A DNA stretch of 64,000 nt from Planctomycetota bacterium (GCA_038227045.1 JBBRQD010000010.1:2868-66867); one strand, 5' to 3'; counted from the first letter of the stretch, positions 26,614 through 36,812 are shown. Notes: generated by a model from the sequence alone, not told the origin. Program-made: numbers and translations.

Positions 26614-28419
26614 ATGTCCGACGCTATTTCTCCCTGGGCGCTTGAATTGAAGCAGATTTATCAAGGCGGCGCGGCGAATACGTTCCTGCTGCATGGCAAC
26701 GTGAACGACCGCGAAGCGATGGGGCCGGATGACGCGCGGGAATTTGTGAGCCTCAAGCAGTATTTGATCTGCGAGCGCTTCGCAAAAATGGATTGCGTGA
26801 TCAGCTACGATCAGGCTGCGGGAATTCAGTTTTCGCAGAACGAAATGCGCGAAGATTTCGCGAGGGTTGCGAAGGCAATCGACACCGTTCAAAGTACGAC
26901 GTACGCCGACCGCCTGCCGCGCGAACCGGCTCGCGCGCTGCCGCTGATCGAACGCTATCTGCGCACGCGCATCGGCGACAAGCCGGATTTCGGCGCGGCG
27001 GTGATCATCGATTACGCGCACTTCGTCGCGCCCGCGAGCCTCGGCTACAGCTTCAGCCAGGACGATGCGTCCTGCCTGATTACGCTGCATAAATGGTCCA
27101 GCGAACCGGCGTTTCGCAACGCCGAGATCGTCATTGTGCTGATTACCGAGAACCTTTCGGACCTGCATCCGATGCTGGTCCGTTCGCCCTTCACGGCGAA
27201 GATTCACATTCCGTTGCCGGACCCGGAGCAGCGCCTGGCGTACTTGCAGGCGCATCCGGAGCTCAAGCCCGGCGAACTGGAGCGCATCAGCACGCTAAGC
27301 GCCGAGGAGATCGCCATTCACACGGCGGGATTGTCGCGCGTGAACATCGATCATTTGATTCGCCGCGCGCGGACGCTGACTAACGAAGGCGCGAAGGCGG
27401 CAGTCTTGAAAGAGGCTCGCGCGGTCAGCAAGCAAGTGGCCGAGACCGAAGCGCTGCTGCCGTTTCCGCGCCTGGACCTCGACGCGCTCTTTGAGGAAAA
27501 AAAGGCGCTCATCGAAAAGGAGTGCTTCGGGCTGCTCGAATTCCTGAAGCCGAAACGCGGACTCGACTCGCTCAGCGGCCACGAGGCGGCCAAAGCGTGG
27601 CTGATCGAAGACGCCAAATTGTTGAAAGAGGGCAAGCTCGACGCGCTGCCGATGGGCTATTTGATCTGCGGGCCGGTCGGGACCGGCAAGACGTACATGA
27701 TGACGTGTTACGCGGCGACACTGGGCATTCCGTGCGTGAAGCTGATGAATTTCCGCAGCCAGTGGCAGGGCGCGACCGAGGGCAATTGGGAGAAGATTCT
27801 CAATACGCTGAAGGCGACCGGGCCGGTGGCGGTGATCATCGACGAAGCCGACGCGGCGCTGGGCAATCGCGACAATTCCGGGGACAGCGGCACCAGTTCG
27901 CGCGTCTTTTCGATGCTGGCTCAGCAGATGGGCGACACGCAGTACCGCGGCAAGATTCTGTGGTTTCTGCTGACCTGCCGCCCGGATCTGCTACCGATCG
28001 ATTTGAAGCGGCAGGGGCGCGCGGAGGTCCACATTCCGTTGTTTTATCCCGAGACCGACGACGAGAAGCGCAATTATTTCACGATTCTGGCGAAGAAAAA
28101 CGGCGGCACACTCGACTCGAAAGACGTGCCCGCCAGCGCGTTGAAAATGCGGCTTTCGGGAGCGGACATCGAAGGGCTGGCGATTCGCGCAAAACGCCGC
28201 GCGCTGCTGGCGGGATCGCCGAACATCCGCGTGGAAGATCTCGAAGCCGTGCTCAAGAATTTCATTCCGCCCACCAATTCGGAAGAGGTGGAGCTGCAGA
28301 TTCTCGCCGCGGTGGTGGAGTGCACGCACATCGATTTTCTACCGCCCGATTTGCGAAAATTGGATCGCGGCGAGGCGCTGTTGCGCTTTACGGCGTTGAA
28401 GCAGAAATTTGGGAGTTGA
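26614..28419 (+). CDS. AAA+ ATPase with a degenerate N-terminal AAA-like domain and an active C-terminal module
   Basis: Start set to ATG 26614. Walker A GPVGTGKT and Walker B VAVIIDEAD in the C-terminal half. In the N-terminal half FLLHGNVND occupies the P-loop position. Confidence 0.75.
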   Translation: MSDAISPWALELKQIYQGGAANTFLLHGNVNDREAMGPDDAREFVSLKQYLICERFAKMDCVISYDQAAGIQFSQNEMREDFARVAKAIDTVQSTTYADRLPREPARALPLIERYLRTRIGDKPDFGAAVIIDYAHFVAPASLGYSFSQDDASCLITLHKWSSEPAFRNAEIVIVLITENLSDLHPMLVRSPFTAKIHIPLPDPEQRLAYLQAHPELKPGELERISTLSAEEIAIHTAGLSRVNIDHLIRRARTLTNEGAKAAVLKEARAVSKQVAETEALLPFPRLDLDALFEEKKALIEKECFGLLEFLKPKRGLDSLSGHEAAKAWLIEDAKLLKEGKLDALPMGYLICGPVGTGKTYMMTCYAATLGIPCVKLMNFRSQWQGATEGNWEKILNTLKATGPVAVIIDEADAALGNRDNSGDSGTSSRVFSMLAQQMGDTQYRGKILWFLLTCRPDLLPIDLKRQGRAEVHIPLFYPETDDEKRNYFTILAKKNGGTLDSKDVPASALKMRLSGADIEGLAIRAKRRALLAGSPNIRVEDLEAVLKNFIPPTNSEEVELQILAAVVECTHIDFLPPDLRKLDRGEALLRFTALKQKFGS

Positions 28420-28514
28420 AGGGGAGTCTCTCGCAAAGACGCACAGAACAGCAATACAGGAAGACAAGAAGAAAACGGCAATACATTTTTAATAACTATT
28501 GATCCGCGCGCGGT

Positions 28515-28565
28515 TAATGCGACACCGCCAGAATGCAGGCTGGAAGCCTGCATGATGTCGCATTA
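28515..28565. repeat. nested palindrome ttaatgcgaca...tgcaggctggaagcctgca...tgtcgcattaa
   Basis: Outer 11-bp arms (28515-28525 / 28555-28565) enclose the 19-nt palindrome at 28533-28551. The same core recurs at 55451-55513. Confidence 0.8.
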
Positions 28566-28738
28566 AACATGCGCGAGGAATAAGCCGTTTAACAGTTATG
28601 TTTTTTTGGAAGCCGAATTGTGTTCAGGAATCACTACGCTGTACTAAATTGTGAGCGTTTGCTGAGAGAATTTCGCAGGAATTTGCTGATTCGAATACGT
28701 CTTATTGAGATGAGCCGTAACTCGAAAGGAATTAGAAA

Positions 28739-30448
28739 TTGAAAACTCAATTCGCGATTGTGTGCACTGTTCTGGGCCTCGCACTCTTTGCGCATGGCGA
28801 TTCGCGTGGCGGGCAAACACAATACGATTCGGGCGATCCGACGGCCGATGAACAACGCGTATTGGAGCTGATCAACCGCGCCCGCGCGAACCCGACCGCG
28901 GAAGGCACACGGCTGGGGATCGACATCAACGAAGGTCTGCCTGCCGGAGACACCGCCGTACCGCGCCCGCCGCTGGCCATGAACAAAATTCTTCTGGGCA
29001 CGGCCCGAGCGCATAGCGACGACATGTATACGCGCAAGTTTTTCGATCACGTAAATCCGGACGGCAAAGATCCGTTTCAGCGCATCATTGCCGCCGGGTT
29101 TACCTATGCAGCCGCTGGCGAGAATATCGCCACGGGCGGCGGCTTTTCGGCGACGGCGCTGGAAGACATTTTAATGATCGATACCGGCATTCCGGGGCGC
29201 GGTCATCGCGTAAATCTTCTCAATCCCGACAGTATAGTCTTTCGCGAAATCGGCATTGGTTATCATTTGGGCGCCAATCTCGAAACGGTGACGAGCACGG
29301 GCAATCCGCCGTTTCAGACGAAAGATTTCATCACGCAGGATTTTGGGACGGCTCTTTCAGGAACGACAGGACCGTTCGTGCTGGGCGTGGTCTACAACGA
29401 CGCGAACCACAATAATTTCTACGACCAGGGCGAGGGGCTTGTGGGCGTGACGGTGACGCCGGACAGCGGCAGTTTCTTCGCGGTCACCGGAACGGCGGGC
29501 GGTTTCGCATTTCCAGTGGGCACGTCCGGCACGCTGATAGTTACGGCGTCGGGCGGCGGGCTCGCGTCGCCCATTACCATGCAGGTCACGCTGACTGGCG
29601 TGAATGTGAAGGTCGATTTTAACGGCATGGCGGCAGCGCCCTCCGGCCCGAAGATCACCAGCCCGCTCACAGCAAGCGGCATGCAAAATGTCAGCTTCAC
29701 GTATACGGCGACGGCGTCGGGCACTCAGCCGATCTCATTCACCGCGACCGGGCTGCCGGCGGGATTGACGTTGAGCGGCTCAACGATCTCGGGCATTCCA
29801 ACGCAGTCGGGGCAATTCCTGGTGACGCTCACCGCGACGAATGGCCAGGGAAGCGATCCCGAAACGCTCGTGATCACCATCGCCCCGCCGCCTGTTTCGG
29901 CGACCTTGACCGATACCGATGGCGACGGTTTCCCCGACGAAATTGAGACTGCCATGGGCACGTCGCCGGCGAACGCAAGCGACACGCCGTTCGGCGGCGC
30001 GCATGCCGTCGCCGAGACGCTGGTTTTGACGAAGCACCAGATCAAGCTGAACTTTGCGCTGACGCTCCACGATTCCATCATGCTCTCCGGAACCGTGGCA
30101 ATTCCAGCGGAATTCGCCATTGGAGGAAAGACGGCGACGCTGGATGTCGGCGGCGTGATTCGCACGTTCGCGTTCGATGCGAAAGGCAATGGCCTCTCGG
30201 GCACGGATACGATGAAGCTCCACATCAAAGCACCGAAAGGCGTCGTGTCCGATCAGACGGCTTCGTTCTCTGTAAGAATAATGAAGGCCACCGTCGCTTC
30301 CCTGCTCACGGACGAAGGTCTCGTGAATGCGGATTTCAGCGGGAACGTGGCGGTGCCTATGATTCTGTTGTTCAACCAACACTATTATACGGCGACACCA
30401 TCGCTCGTTTACAAAGCGCGGAAAGGCAAGACCGCGCTGGCGAAATGA
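28739..30448 (+). CDS. secreted CAP/SCP (PR-1-like) domain protein with Ig-like and calcium-binding-like repeats and a C-terminal beta module
   Basis: TTG start with signal peptide MKTQFAIVCTVLGLALFAHG. CAP motifs ELINRARANP, FFDHVNPDG, GENIA and GHRVNLL. Putative-Ig segment FTATGLPAGLTLSGSTISGIPT. DTDGDGFPDEIE. Confidence 0.75.
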   Translation: MKTQFAIVCTVLGLALFAHGDSRGGQTQYDSGDPTADEQRVLELINRARANPTAEGTRLGIDINEGLPAGDTAVPRPPLAMNKILLGTARAHSDDMYTRKFFDHVNPDGKDPFQRIIAAGFTYAAAGENIATGGGFSATALEDILMIDTGIPGRGHRVNLLNPDSIVFREIGIGYHLGANLETVTSTGNPPFQTKDFITQDFGTALSGTTGPFVLGVVYNDANHNNFYDQGEGLVGVTVTPDSGSFFAVTGTAGGFAFPVGTSGTLIVTASGGGLASPITMQVTLTGVNVKVDFNGMAAAPSGPKITSPLTASGMQNVSFTYTATASGTQPISFTATGLPAGLTLSGSTISGIPTQSGQFLVTLTATNGQGSDPETLVITIAPPPVSATLTDTDGDGFPDEIETAMGTSPANASDTPFGGAHAVAETLVLTKHQIKLNFALTLHDSIMLSGTVAIPAEFAIGGKTATLDVGGVIRTFAFDAKGNGLSGTDTMKLHIKAPKGVVSDQTASFSVRIMKATVASLLTDEGLVNADFSGNVAVPMILLFNQHYYTATPSLVYKARKGKTALAK

Positions 30449-30450
30449 AC

Positions 30451-30575
30451 CATTTGCTGGCACCCCTGCCGGGGAGCGGAGAATTTCGCCGCACGTGTTC
30501 CGGTGGTGTCGGCCGGGTACGGCCTCAACCACCGGTTAATAGCTGACATCCCTCCGGGATGAACTCCGTTATTCC
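30451..30575. repeat. CCCTCCGGG-box element, copy A (~120 nt)
   Basis: Aligns with 47947-48065 over its whole length (catttgctggcacccctgccgggg...ccggtgg-loop-ccaccgg-13 nt-tccctccgggat...ccgttattcc). It fills the convergent CAP/metG junction and overlaps the last codons of metG. Confidence 0.8.
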
Positions 30576-32278
30576 ACGGGCGGCATGTCGGCCGTTTCGA
30601 GTTTCTTGAAGAGCACCGACGGTTTTCCGATTGCGGCTCCGGTTTTCACGATATCGCTCGGGCGCAAGGTTGCGCTGTTCACCGCAAACGGATCGGCGAC
30701 TCCGAAGTTCGCCAGAATCGCGGCCGCGCTTTTGGGCAGGAACGGGCGCAGCATCAGGCCGATGGTGGCCACGCGATCGAGACAATTGCGGATCACGCGG
30801 TGGCATTCCGGGACGTCCACTTTCAGCGATTTCCATGGCGCGTTCGAATCGAAATACACGTTGCCCGCGCGCGCGCAGGTCATGATCGCGGCCATTGCGT
30901 TGCGGAACTGGAAGCCATCCAACAGCGCGCATGTGTTGCTTAAAGTGGTCTGCGTTTCGGATGCGAACGCCGGATGTATTTCCGAGGCCGAGGTGCTGTA
31001 TTCCGGGACGAGTGCGCCGACCTTGTTGACCGCAAACGTCACCACGCGGTGAACGAAGTTGCCGAGCACGTCCGCCAGTTCTCCGTTGTAACGCGCTTGA
31101 AAATCTTCCCACGTGAAGGCGCTGTCGGCGCTTTCGGGCGCGATGGCGGTGAGGTAATAGCGCAGCGCTTCGCTGCCGTATTTCGCGGCGAAATCGCCGA
31201 TCTCAATTGCGTTGCCGCGCGATTTGCTGAATTTGTCCGCGCCGAATTTCAGGAATTCGTTCGCCACGACCTGCGAGACCAATCGATACGGGCGCTCCCC
31301 CGGCGGAACCGCGTCGTTGACACCCATCAGCATCGCGGGCCAGATGATCGTATGAAAGACGATGTTGTCCTTGCCGATAAAATTCATCACCGGGCAATCC
31401 GGATTCTGCCAGAAATCCATCCACGCGTCGGGATGTCCTTCGCGCGCGAAAAGCTGCTGAGTGAACGTGACGTAGCCGATCGGCGCGTCGAACCAGACGT
31501 AGAAGCGCTTGCCTTCCGTGTCGGGATCGTCGAGCGGAATCTTCACGCCCCAACTGGTATCGCGCGTGATCGCTCGGGCTCGCAAGCCGCGCTTCAACAT
31601 CGCCCGCGATTCACGCTGCGCGTTGGCGCGCCAGGGTTCGGCGCCGTTTTCGGCGTGCGTGTCGACCCATGTTTTTAGGCGCTCTTCGAAGGCGTCGAGC
31701 TTTAAATACCAGTGATAGGTATCTTTTAAAATCGGCGTGGAACCGTCGCCGTCGATTGCGACACGCGGTTTGATGAGTTCGGTCACCTCATAAGAACTTC
31801 CGCACGCTTCGCATTCGTCGCCGCGCGCGTCGGGGTGGTGGCAGACGGGACATTCGCCGACGACGTAGCGATCCGGCAGAAACATCTTCAGCTTTTCGGA
31901 ATACAATTGCTGCGACAGGCGTTTTTCAATATAGCCCTTCGCGTGCAGCCGCTTGAAGAAATCCTGCGTCAGCGCGTGATGTTCGGGGCTGGAGGTGCGG
32001 CTCCAGATGTCGAATTTTACATCGGCTGCTGCGAAGGCTGCGCCGTTGGCTTCGTGGTTTTCGTCGACGACCTGCTGCGGGGTGATGCCGCGCTTGAGCG
32101 CGCTGAGCGTGATCGGCACGCCGTGTTCGTCGGACCCGCAGACGAAGCGCACATCCACGCCTTTCATGCGCTGCCAGCGCACGTAGGTGTCGGCTGGCAA
32201 ATACGCGCCGGCGAGGTGGCCGAGGTGCACGCGTCCGTTGGCATAGGGCAATGCGCTGGTGACGAGCAGTTTCTTCAT
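30569..32278 (-). CDS. metG: methionine--tRNA ligase
   Basis: HIGH-type PYANGRVHLGHL, KMSKS-type KFSKSRGN and zinc knuckle CPVCHHPDARGDECEACG. Confidence 0.92.
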   Translation of the reverse strand: MKKLLVTSALPYANGRVHLGHLAGAYLPADTYVRWQRMKGVDVRFVCGSDEHGVPITLSALKRGITPQQVVDENHEANGAAFAAADVKFDIWSRTSSPEHHALTQDFFKRLHAKGYIEKRLSQQLYSEKLKMFLPDRYVVGECPVCHHPDARGDECEACGSSYEVTELIKPRVAIDGDGSTPILKDTYHWYLKLDAFEERLKTWVDTHAENGAEPWRANAQRESRAMLKRGLRARAITRDTSWGVKIPLDDPDTEGKRFYVWFDAPIGYVTFTQQLFAREGHPDAWMDFWQNPDCPVMNFIGKDNIVFHTIIWPAMLMGVNDAVPPGERPYRLVSQVVANEFLKFGADKFSKSRGNAIEIGDFAAKYGSEALRYYLTAIAPESADSAFTWEDFQARYNGELADVLGNFVHRVVTFAVNKVGALVPEYSTSASEIHPAFASETQTTLSNTCALLDGFQFRNAMAAIMTCARAGNVYFDSNAPWKSLKVDVPECHRVIRNCLDRVATIGLMLRPFLPKSAAAILANFGVADPFAVNSATLRPSDIVKTGAAIGKPSVLFKKLETADMPPVE

Positions 32279-32413
32279 GGAGCTCTCCGATTCGTTCGAG
32301 GGGTCACTGTATCAGAGAAGCGGGGGATTTCGAGTGCGCGTGGGGATTTTGCGCCATGAAAAAAGCGCGCTTTCGCGCGCTTTTAGCGACGTAATGAATG
32401 GGTGCTTCATTCT

Positions 32414-33061
32414 TTAATTCAACGCGGGAGCGACAGCGTGTCCGTTTGCGGCGGCGGCGACTGCTTTCAACGCGGCGTTGGACGCGGCGGAGATCTTCCT
32501 GGCATTCCATCCGGCGACTTGAACGTCGATGAAGTCCTTGAGAATCTTGCGGTCGTTGACGTTGGCGTTGATGAACTTGACGCCCAATTCCGGCGTGACC
32601 TTGTCTTGTGAATCAGTGAGGCGCACGACCTGGCATTCGCCAACCAGATTCGCGAGCACCGGCAGTTCCGCGAAGCGGCAGCGGATGGTGAATCGGGAGA
32701 GCGGGAGACAGTTCTTCGCGAGCTTCAATTCGGTCAGCAACGCGCCGCCGACGCTGATGTTGCGCGCGGTGGCTTCGCCGCGATCGAAGACGTTGTCGCC
32801 GTCCGTGCAAACTTCGATGTCGCACTTGACGTTGACTTCCGTTCGGCCGTATTCGCGCTTGAAAGGCCGGCGAATAGTAGTGAAATCGTAGCCCATTTTT
32901 TCGGCTGTACTGAAGACTAAATCGCGGGTCGTCTCACTAGCTGAGTACTTTGGATCGCGGTTAAGAATCTTGGTCACAGTCGTACGCGAAAGACCCAGCT
33001 TTTCAGCTATGCTCTGCTGGCTGACACCCATTTTCGTTGTCTCCTGTTTCAATAAAGACAT
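32414..33061 (-). CDS. LacI-type HTH fused to a PilZ domain (candidate c-di-GMP-responsive transcription factor)
   Basis: HTH MGVSQQSIAEKLGLSRTTVTKILNR. PilZ motifs RRPFKR (RxxxR) and NISVGG ((D/N)xSxxG). Start set to ATG 33061 because the predicted promoter overlaps ATG 33082. Confidence 0.65.
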   Translation of the reverse strand: MSLLKQETTKMGVSQQSIAEKLGLSRTTVTKILNRDPKYSASETTRDLVFSTAEKMGYDFTTIRRPFKREYGRTEVNVKCDIEVCTDGDNVFDRGEATARNISVGGALLTELKLAKNCLPLSRFTIRCRFAELPVLANLVGECQVVRLTDSQDKVTPELGVKFINANVNDRKILKDFIDVQVAGWNARKISAASNAALKAVAAAANGHAVAPALN

Positions 33062-33080
33062 ACCCAAATCCCACATATTC

Positions 33081-33108
33081 ATATTAAACTTTTTTCGGCA
33101 CTTGTCAA
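33081..33108 (-). promoter_or_regulatory. sigma70-like promoter TTGACA-16 nt-TAATAT for the HTH-PilZ gene
   Basis: On the minus strand: ttgaca (33108-33103), a 16-nt spacer, then taatat (33086-33081). It lies within a strongly AT-rich tract. Confidence 0.4.
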
Positions 33109-33348
33109 GGGCACATGTGCTGCTCTACGTGCATTTATTAAAAATAGTTTTAACTCATTCTTGTTTATAGGTTTATGAATCGAAATATTTCATATTTTAT
33201 TTATATTGTGCAGAAATTTTTGAGCGCTCGGCAGAAAGTATGCGCAATGCGATTGCTACGCCGATGTCTCGGCAAGCTTTTAAACGGCGAGGGACACAGA
33301 GTCGCACGCGTGTAAGGCGGGTTAGAAGCACGCCCTACTTTGAAACGA

Positions 33349-33386
33349 GAACGGCCCAGTGAATCATGCGATTCGCCGGGCCGTTC
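33349..33386 (-). terminator. hairpin downstream of the LysM gene
   Basis: gaacggccc (33349-33357) pairs with gggccgttc (33378-33386). It lies 36 nt after the stop at 33422 and is followed on the minus strand by tcgtttcaaag. Confidence 0.4.
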
Positions 33387-33421
33387 GATGGACGACTAGA
33401 AGGAGACTACCCATCAGAAGC

Positions 33422-34792
33422 CTATGGCAAGATGATCCCGCGAATGATCGCGTCGTCTTCCTGCTCCGCTTTTTTCGGGCGCGCGTCGTTCTTGTTCGAC
33501 TTGCTATTCTTGGGAGCGTCCGATTTATCCGGTGTGCGCCCGGAAGCGGCGGTCGCATTCGCCGCGACGGGATGAATCGGAATCGGGACTTCTTCGGCGT
33601 TCGGGAGGTTCTCCAAATCGTTCGGAGTCTGCCCTTGCGGCTCGGCTTCGGCGCGAACGGTGTTTCGGCGGAAACGCTGTGCTTCGGTACTTGTGGGCGA
33701 AGCCATTTGCGAGGATCCCGGCGGGTGCGTGTGCAGCACCATGCCGACTTTGAGTTTCGAAGAGTCCGCTACGCGATCCTTGTTCCATTCCTGTAATTCC
33801 TTCCATTTCCTGGAATCGTTCAACACTCGGCGCGCAATGCGTTCCAACGTGTCGCCGGCTTGGACGACGTAGTCGTCTTTCGTGATGAGGGTGGGGCCTG
33901 AGTGGTGATCGCTGCTGTCGTTCGGGCGGGCGTTAGTGGGACGATTGCCAGCGGCTGTGCTTGCGCCATTGTGCTCGCTCGTTTCCGCCAAAGACGCAGA
34001 CGAACTCGTGTTTGGAATCTTGAGCTTCATGCCTTCGCGCAGCCGATTGGCGTCGGGCAACACATCTTTGTTAGCGTCTTGAATGGCTTTGATGCCGCCC
34101 TTGCCGGGCAGGTTGGCGCTGGCGATCTTGGACAAGTTGTCGCCAGCTTTGACTGTGTAATACTTGAACGCGCCGTCGTGTGAGGAATTTTCATGCATGT
34201 CGCCCTGAGCCTGTGCGCGGGAAGGGTGCTGCTGCCCATTGCCGGAGGGCATTTGCGCTCCGACGCCGTCGCTGTTCCCAATGTCCGGAATCCGTGTGTT
34301 TGAGCGCGTGTGCGAGTTCGCCCCGCTGTTGCCCGAGGCATGAGCCGTGCCGGACTCGTTGGGGGCACCGTTGGCTTCGGCCGAATTCAAGCGGCGCAGC
34401 GGCGTGCCGGGGTTCGGCACAACGTCCCAAACGCTCGGTTGATCTTCAGTACGAATGGCCGGATGTTCCGGGGCGCTGGTTAACGCGTTCGTGCTGCCTG
34501 TTCCGTTGGAATTGTCAGCTACTTTGGACGCGGTTGGGTCGGCCAAGTCGCTGGCTGCTTCGAGGCCGGCACCCACCTTGGATTGAGCGACATCGTTCTT
34601 TTTCTTGCCGCGGCCACCGTCGTAAACGAGGCAGACAACCACCGTCATGAGAATAAAGAGGGTCAGCAAGCCCCATTTGAATTCACGGAAAATCTTTGCC
34701 GCGCCGCTTGAAACGGAAGTCGAGCTTCCGATAGCCGCGGTCTGCGCCACGCCGCTGAAAGCCTGGTTCGAATCGATCTGATTTGTGCTCAC
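33422..34792 (-). CDS. LysM-domain protein (N-terminal TM, long low-complexity linker, two LysM repeats)
   Basis: 456 aa. TM WGLLTLFILMTVVVCLVY. LysM-like YYTVKAGDNLSKIA and YVVQAGDTLERIARRV. Confidence 0.7.
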   Translation of the reverse strand: MSTNQIDSNQAFSGVAQTAAIGSSTSVSSGAAKIFREFKWGLLTLFILMTVVVCLVYDGGRGKKKNDVAQSKVGAGLEAASDLADPTASKVADNSNGTGSTNALTSAPEHPAIRTEDQPSVWDVVPNPGTPLRRLNSAEANGAPNESGTAHASGNSGANSHTRSNTRIPDIGNSDGVGAQMPSGNGQQHPSRAQAQGDMHENSSHDGAFKYYTVKAGDNLSKIASANLPGKGGIKAIQDANKDVLPDANRLREGMKLKIPNTSSSASLAETSEHNGASTAAGNRPTNARPNDSSDHHSGPTLITKDDYVVQAGDTLERIARRVLNDSRKWKELQEWNKDRVADSSKLKVGMVLHTHPPGSSQMASPTSTEAQRFRRNTVRAEAEPQGQTPNDLENLPNAEEVPIPIHPVAANATAASGRTPDKSDAPKNSKSNKNDARPKKAEQEDDAIIRGIILP

Positions 34793-34909
34793 GCCCGTCC
34801 CCCCTCGATGGTGTCCACTGGTTTAGTGAAGTATCGTAATTGCGGCGGACGGGCTTGAGGAAATTGTGTGCAAATTGGTGAATGGGCGGTGGTTAAACGG
34901 CGTGAGTGT

Positions 34910-35935
<1,026 letters not shown>

Positions 35936-35950
35936 GTGAACTGCCTCTGT

Positions 35951-36775
35951 TTACTTCTGCGTTGAGTAATAATAAATCAATGTCGCCGCACCCAGAATAA
36001 TGCGGTAGTAGCCGAATGCAACCAGGGTGTGCTTCTGGACGTAATGAATGAGCCACCTCACGACGATCCATGCAACAACGAAGGAGGTGACTCCGCCGAT
36101 GATCAGGATCGGCGTTTCTTCGGCGCGCAGATTGTCGCGTTCCACAAAGAGCTTGTAAACGAATGCGGCGAACATCGTCGGAATCGCGAGAAAAAAAGAA
36201 TATTCAGCGGCTGCGAAGCGCGTCAAGTGCAACAACCGGCCGCCGACAATCGTAGCGCCAGAACGCGACGTGCCGGGGAACATGCCGAAGCATTGAAACA
36301 CGCCGATGAAAAACGCGTTGGCCTTCGGCACGTCTTCGGCGGCAGAATACTTTCCATTATCGCCGCCGCGATCGACCAGGATCAGAATGATGCCGCCGAC
36401 GATCAGCGCGATGGCCACCGGAACGGCCTTCATCAGGTGTTCTTCAATTTTGTGGTGAAACAGTTTTCCAATGATCGCGGCAGGCATGAAGGCGATCGCG
36501 AGGCCGATCCAGAAATTTTGAGAACGCGGGTTTGAAAAAACCGTTTTCGCGGAGTTCCACAGCCGCTGCCGAAATAAAATCACGACCGCCAGGATCGCCG
36601 GAAATTGGATGACGATGTCAAAAATTTCATCGAGCTTTTCAGCGCGTGCGGCGTCGGCTGTCAACGGAAACCACGGCCGGGCAATGATCAGATGGCCGGT
36701 CGATGAGATGGGCAAAAATTCGGTGATACCTTCGAGGATTCCTTTGAGCAGCGCGTTGAAATAATAGATGAGCAT
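35951..36775 (-). CDS. uppP: undecaprenyl-diphosphate phosphatase
   Basis: BacA/UppP motifs EFLPISSTGHL and PGTSRSGATI. 274-aa polytopic protein. Confidence 0.9.
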   Translation of the reverse strand: MLIYYFNALLKGILEGITEFLPISSTGHLIIARPWFPLTADAARAEKLDEIFDIVIQFPAILAVVILFRQRLWNSAKTVFSNPRSQNFWIGLAIAFMPAAIIGKLFHHKIEEHLMKAVPVAIALIVGGIILILVDRGGDNGKYSAAEDVPKANAFFIGVFQCFGMFPGTSRSGATIVGGRLLHLTRFAAAEYSFFLAIPTMFAAFVYKLFVERDNLRAEETPILIIGGVTSFVVAWIVVRWLIHYVQKHTLVAFGYYRIILGAATLIYYYSTQK

Positions 36776-36812
36776 TTAGGGGTTAGGGATTAGGGGCTAG
36801 AGGTTTGGGGGG
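36776..36812. repeat. telomere-like G-rich tract (ttaggggttagggattaggggctagaggtttgggggg)
   Basis: Five G-runs of 3 or more within 37 nt on the plus strand, immediately 5' of the uppP start on the minus strand. Related to 40173-40220. Confidence 0.8.

Noticed and set aside
36776-36812. TTAGGG-like tracts as true telomeric or replicon-end sequence
   Set aside because: They are short (under 50 nt), internal, and flanked by ordinary chromosomal genes on both sides. A second copy lies 3.4 kb away in the same orientation.
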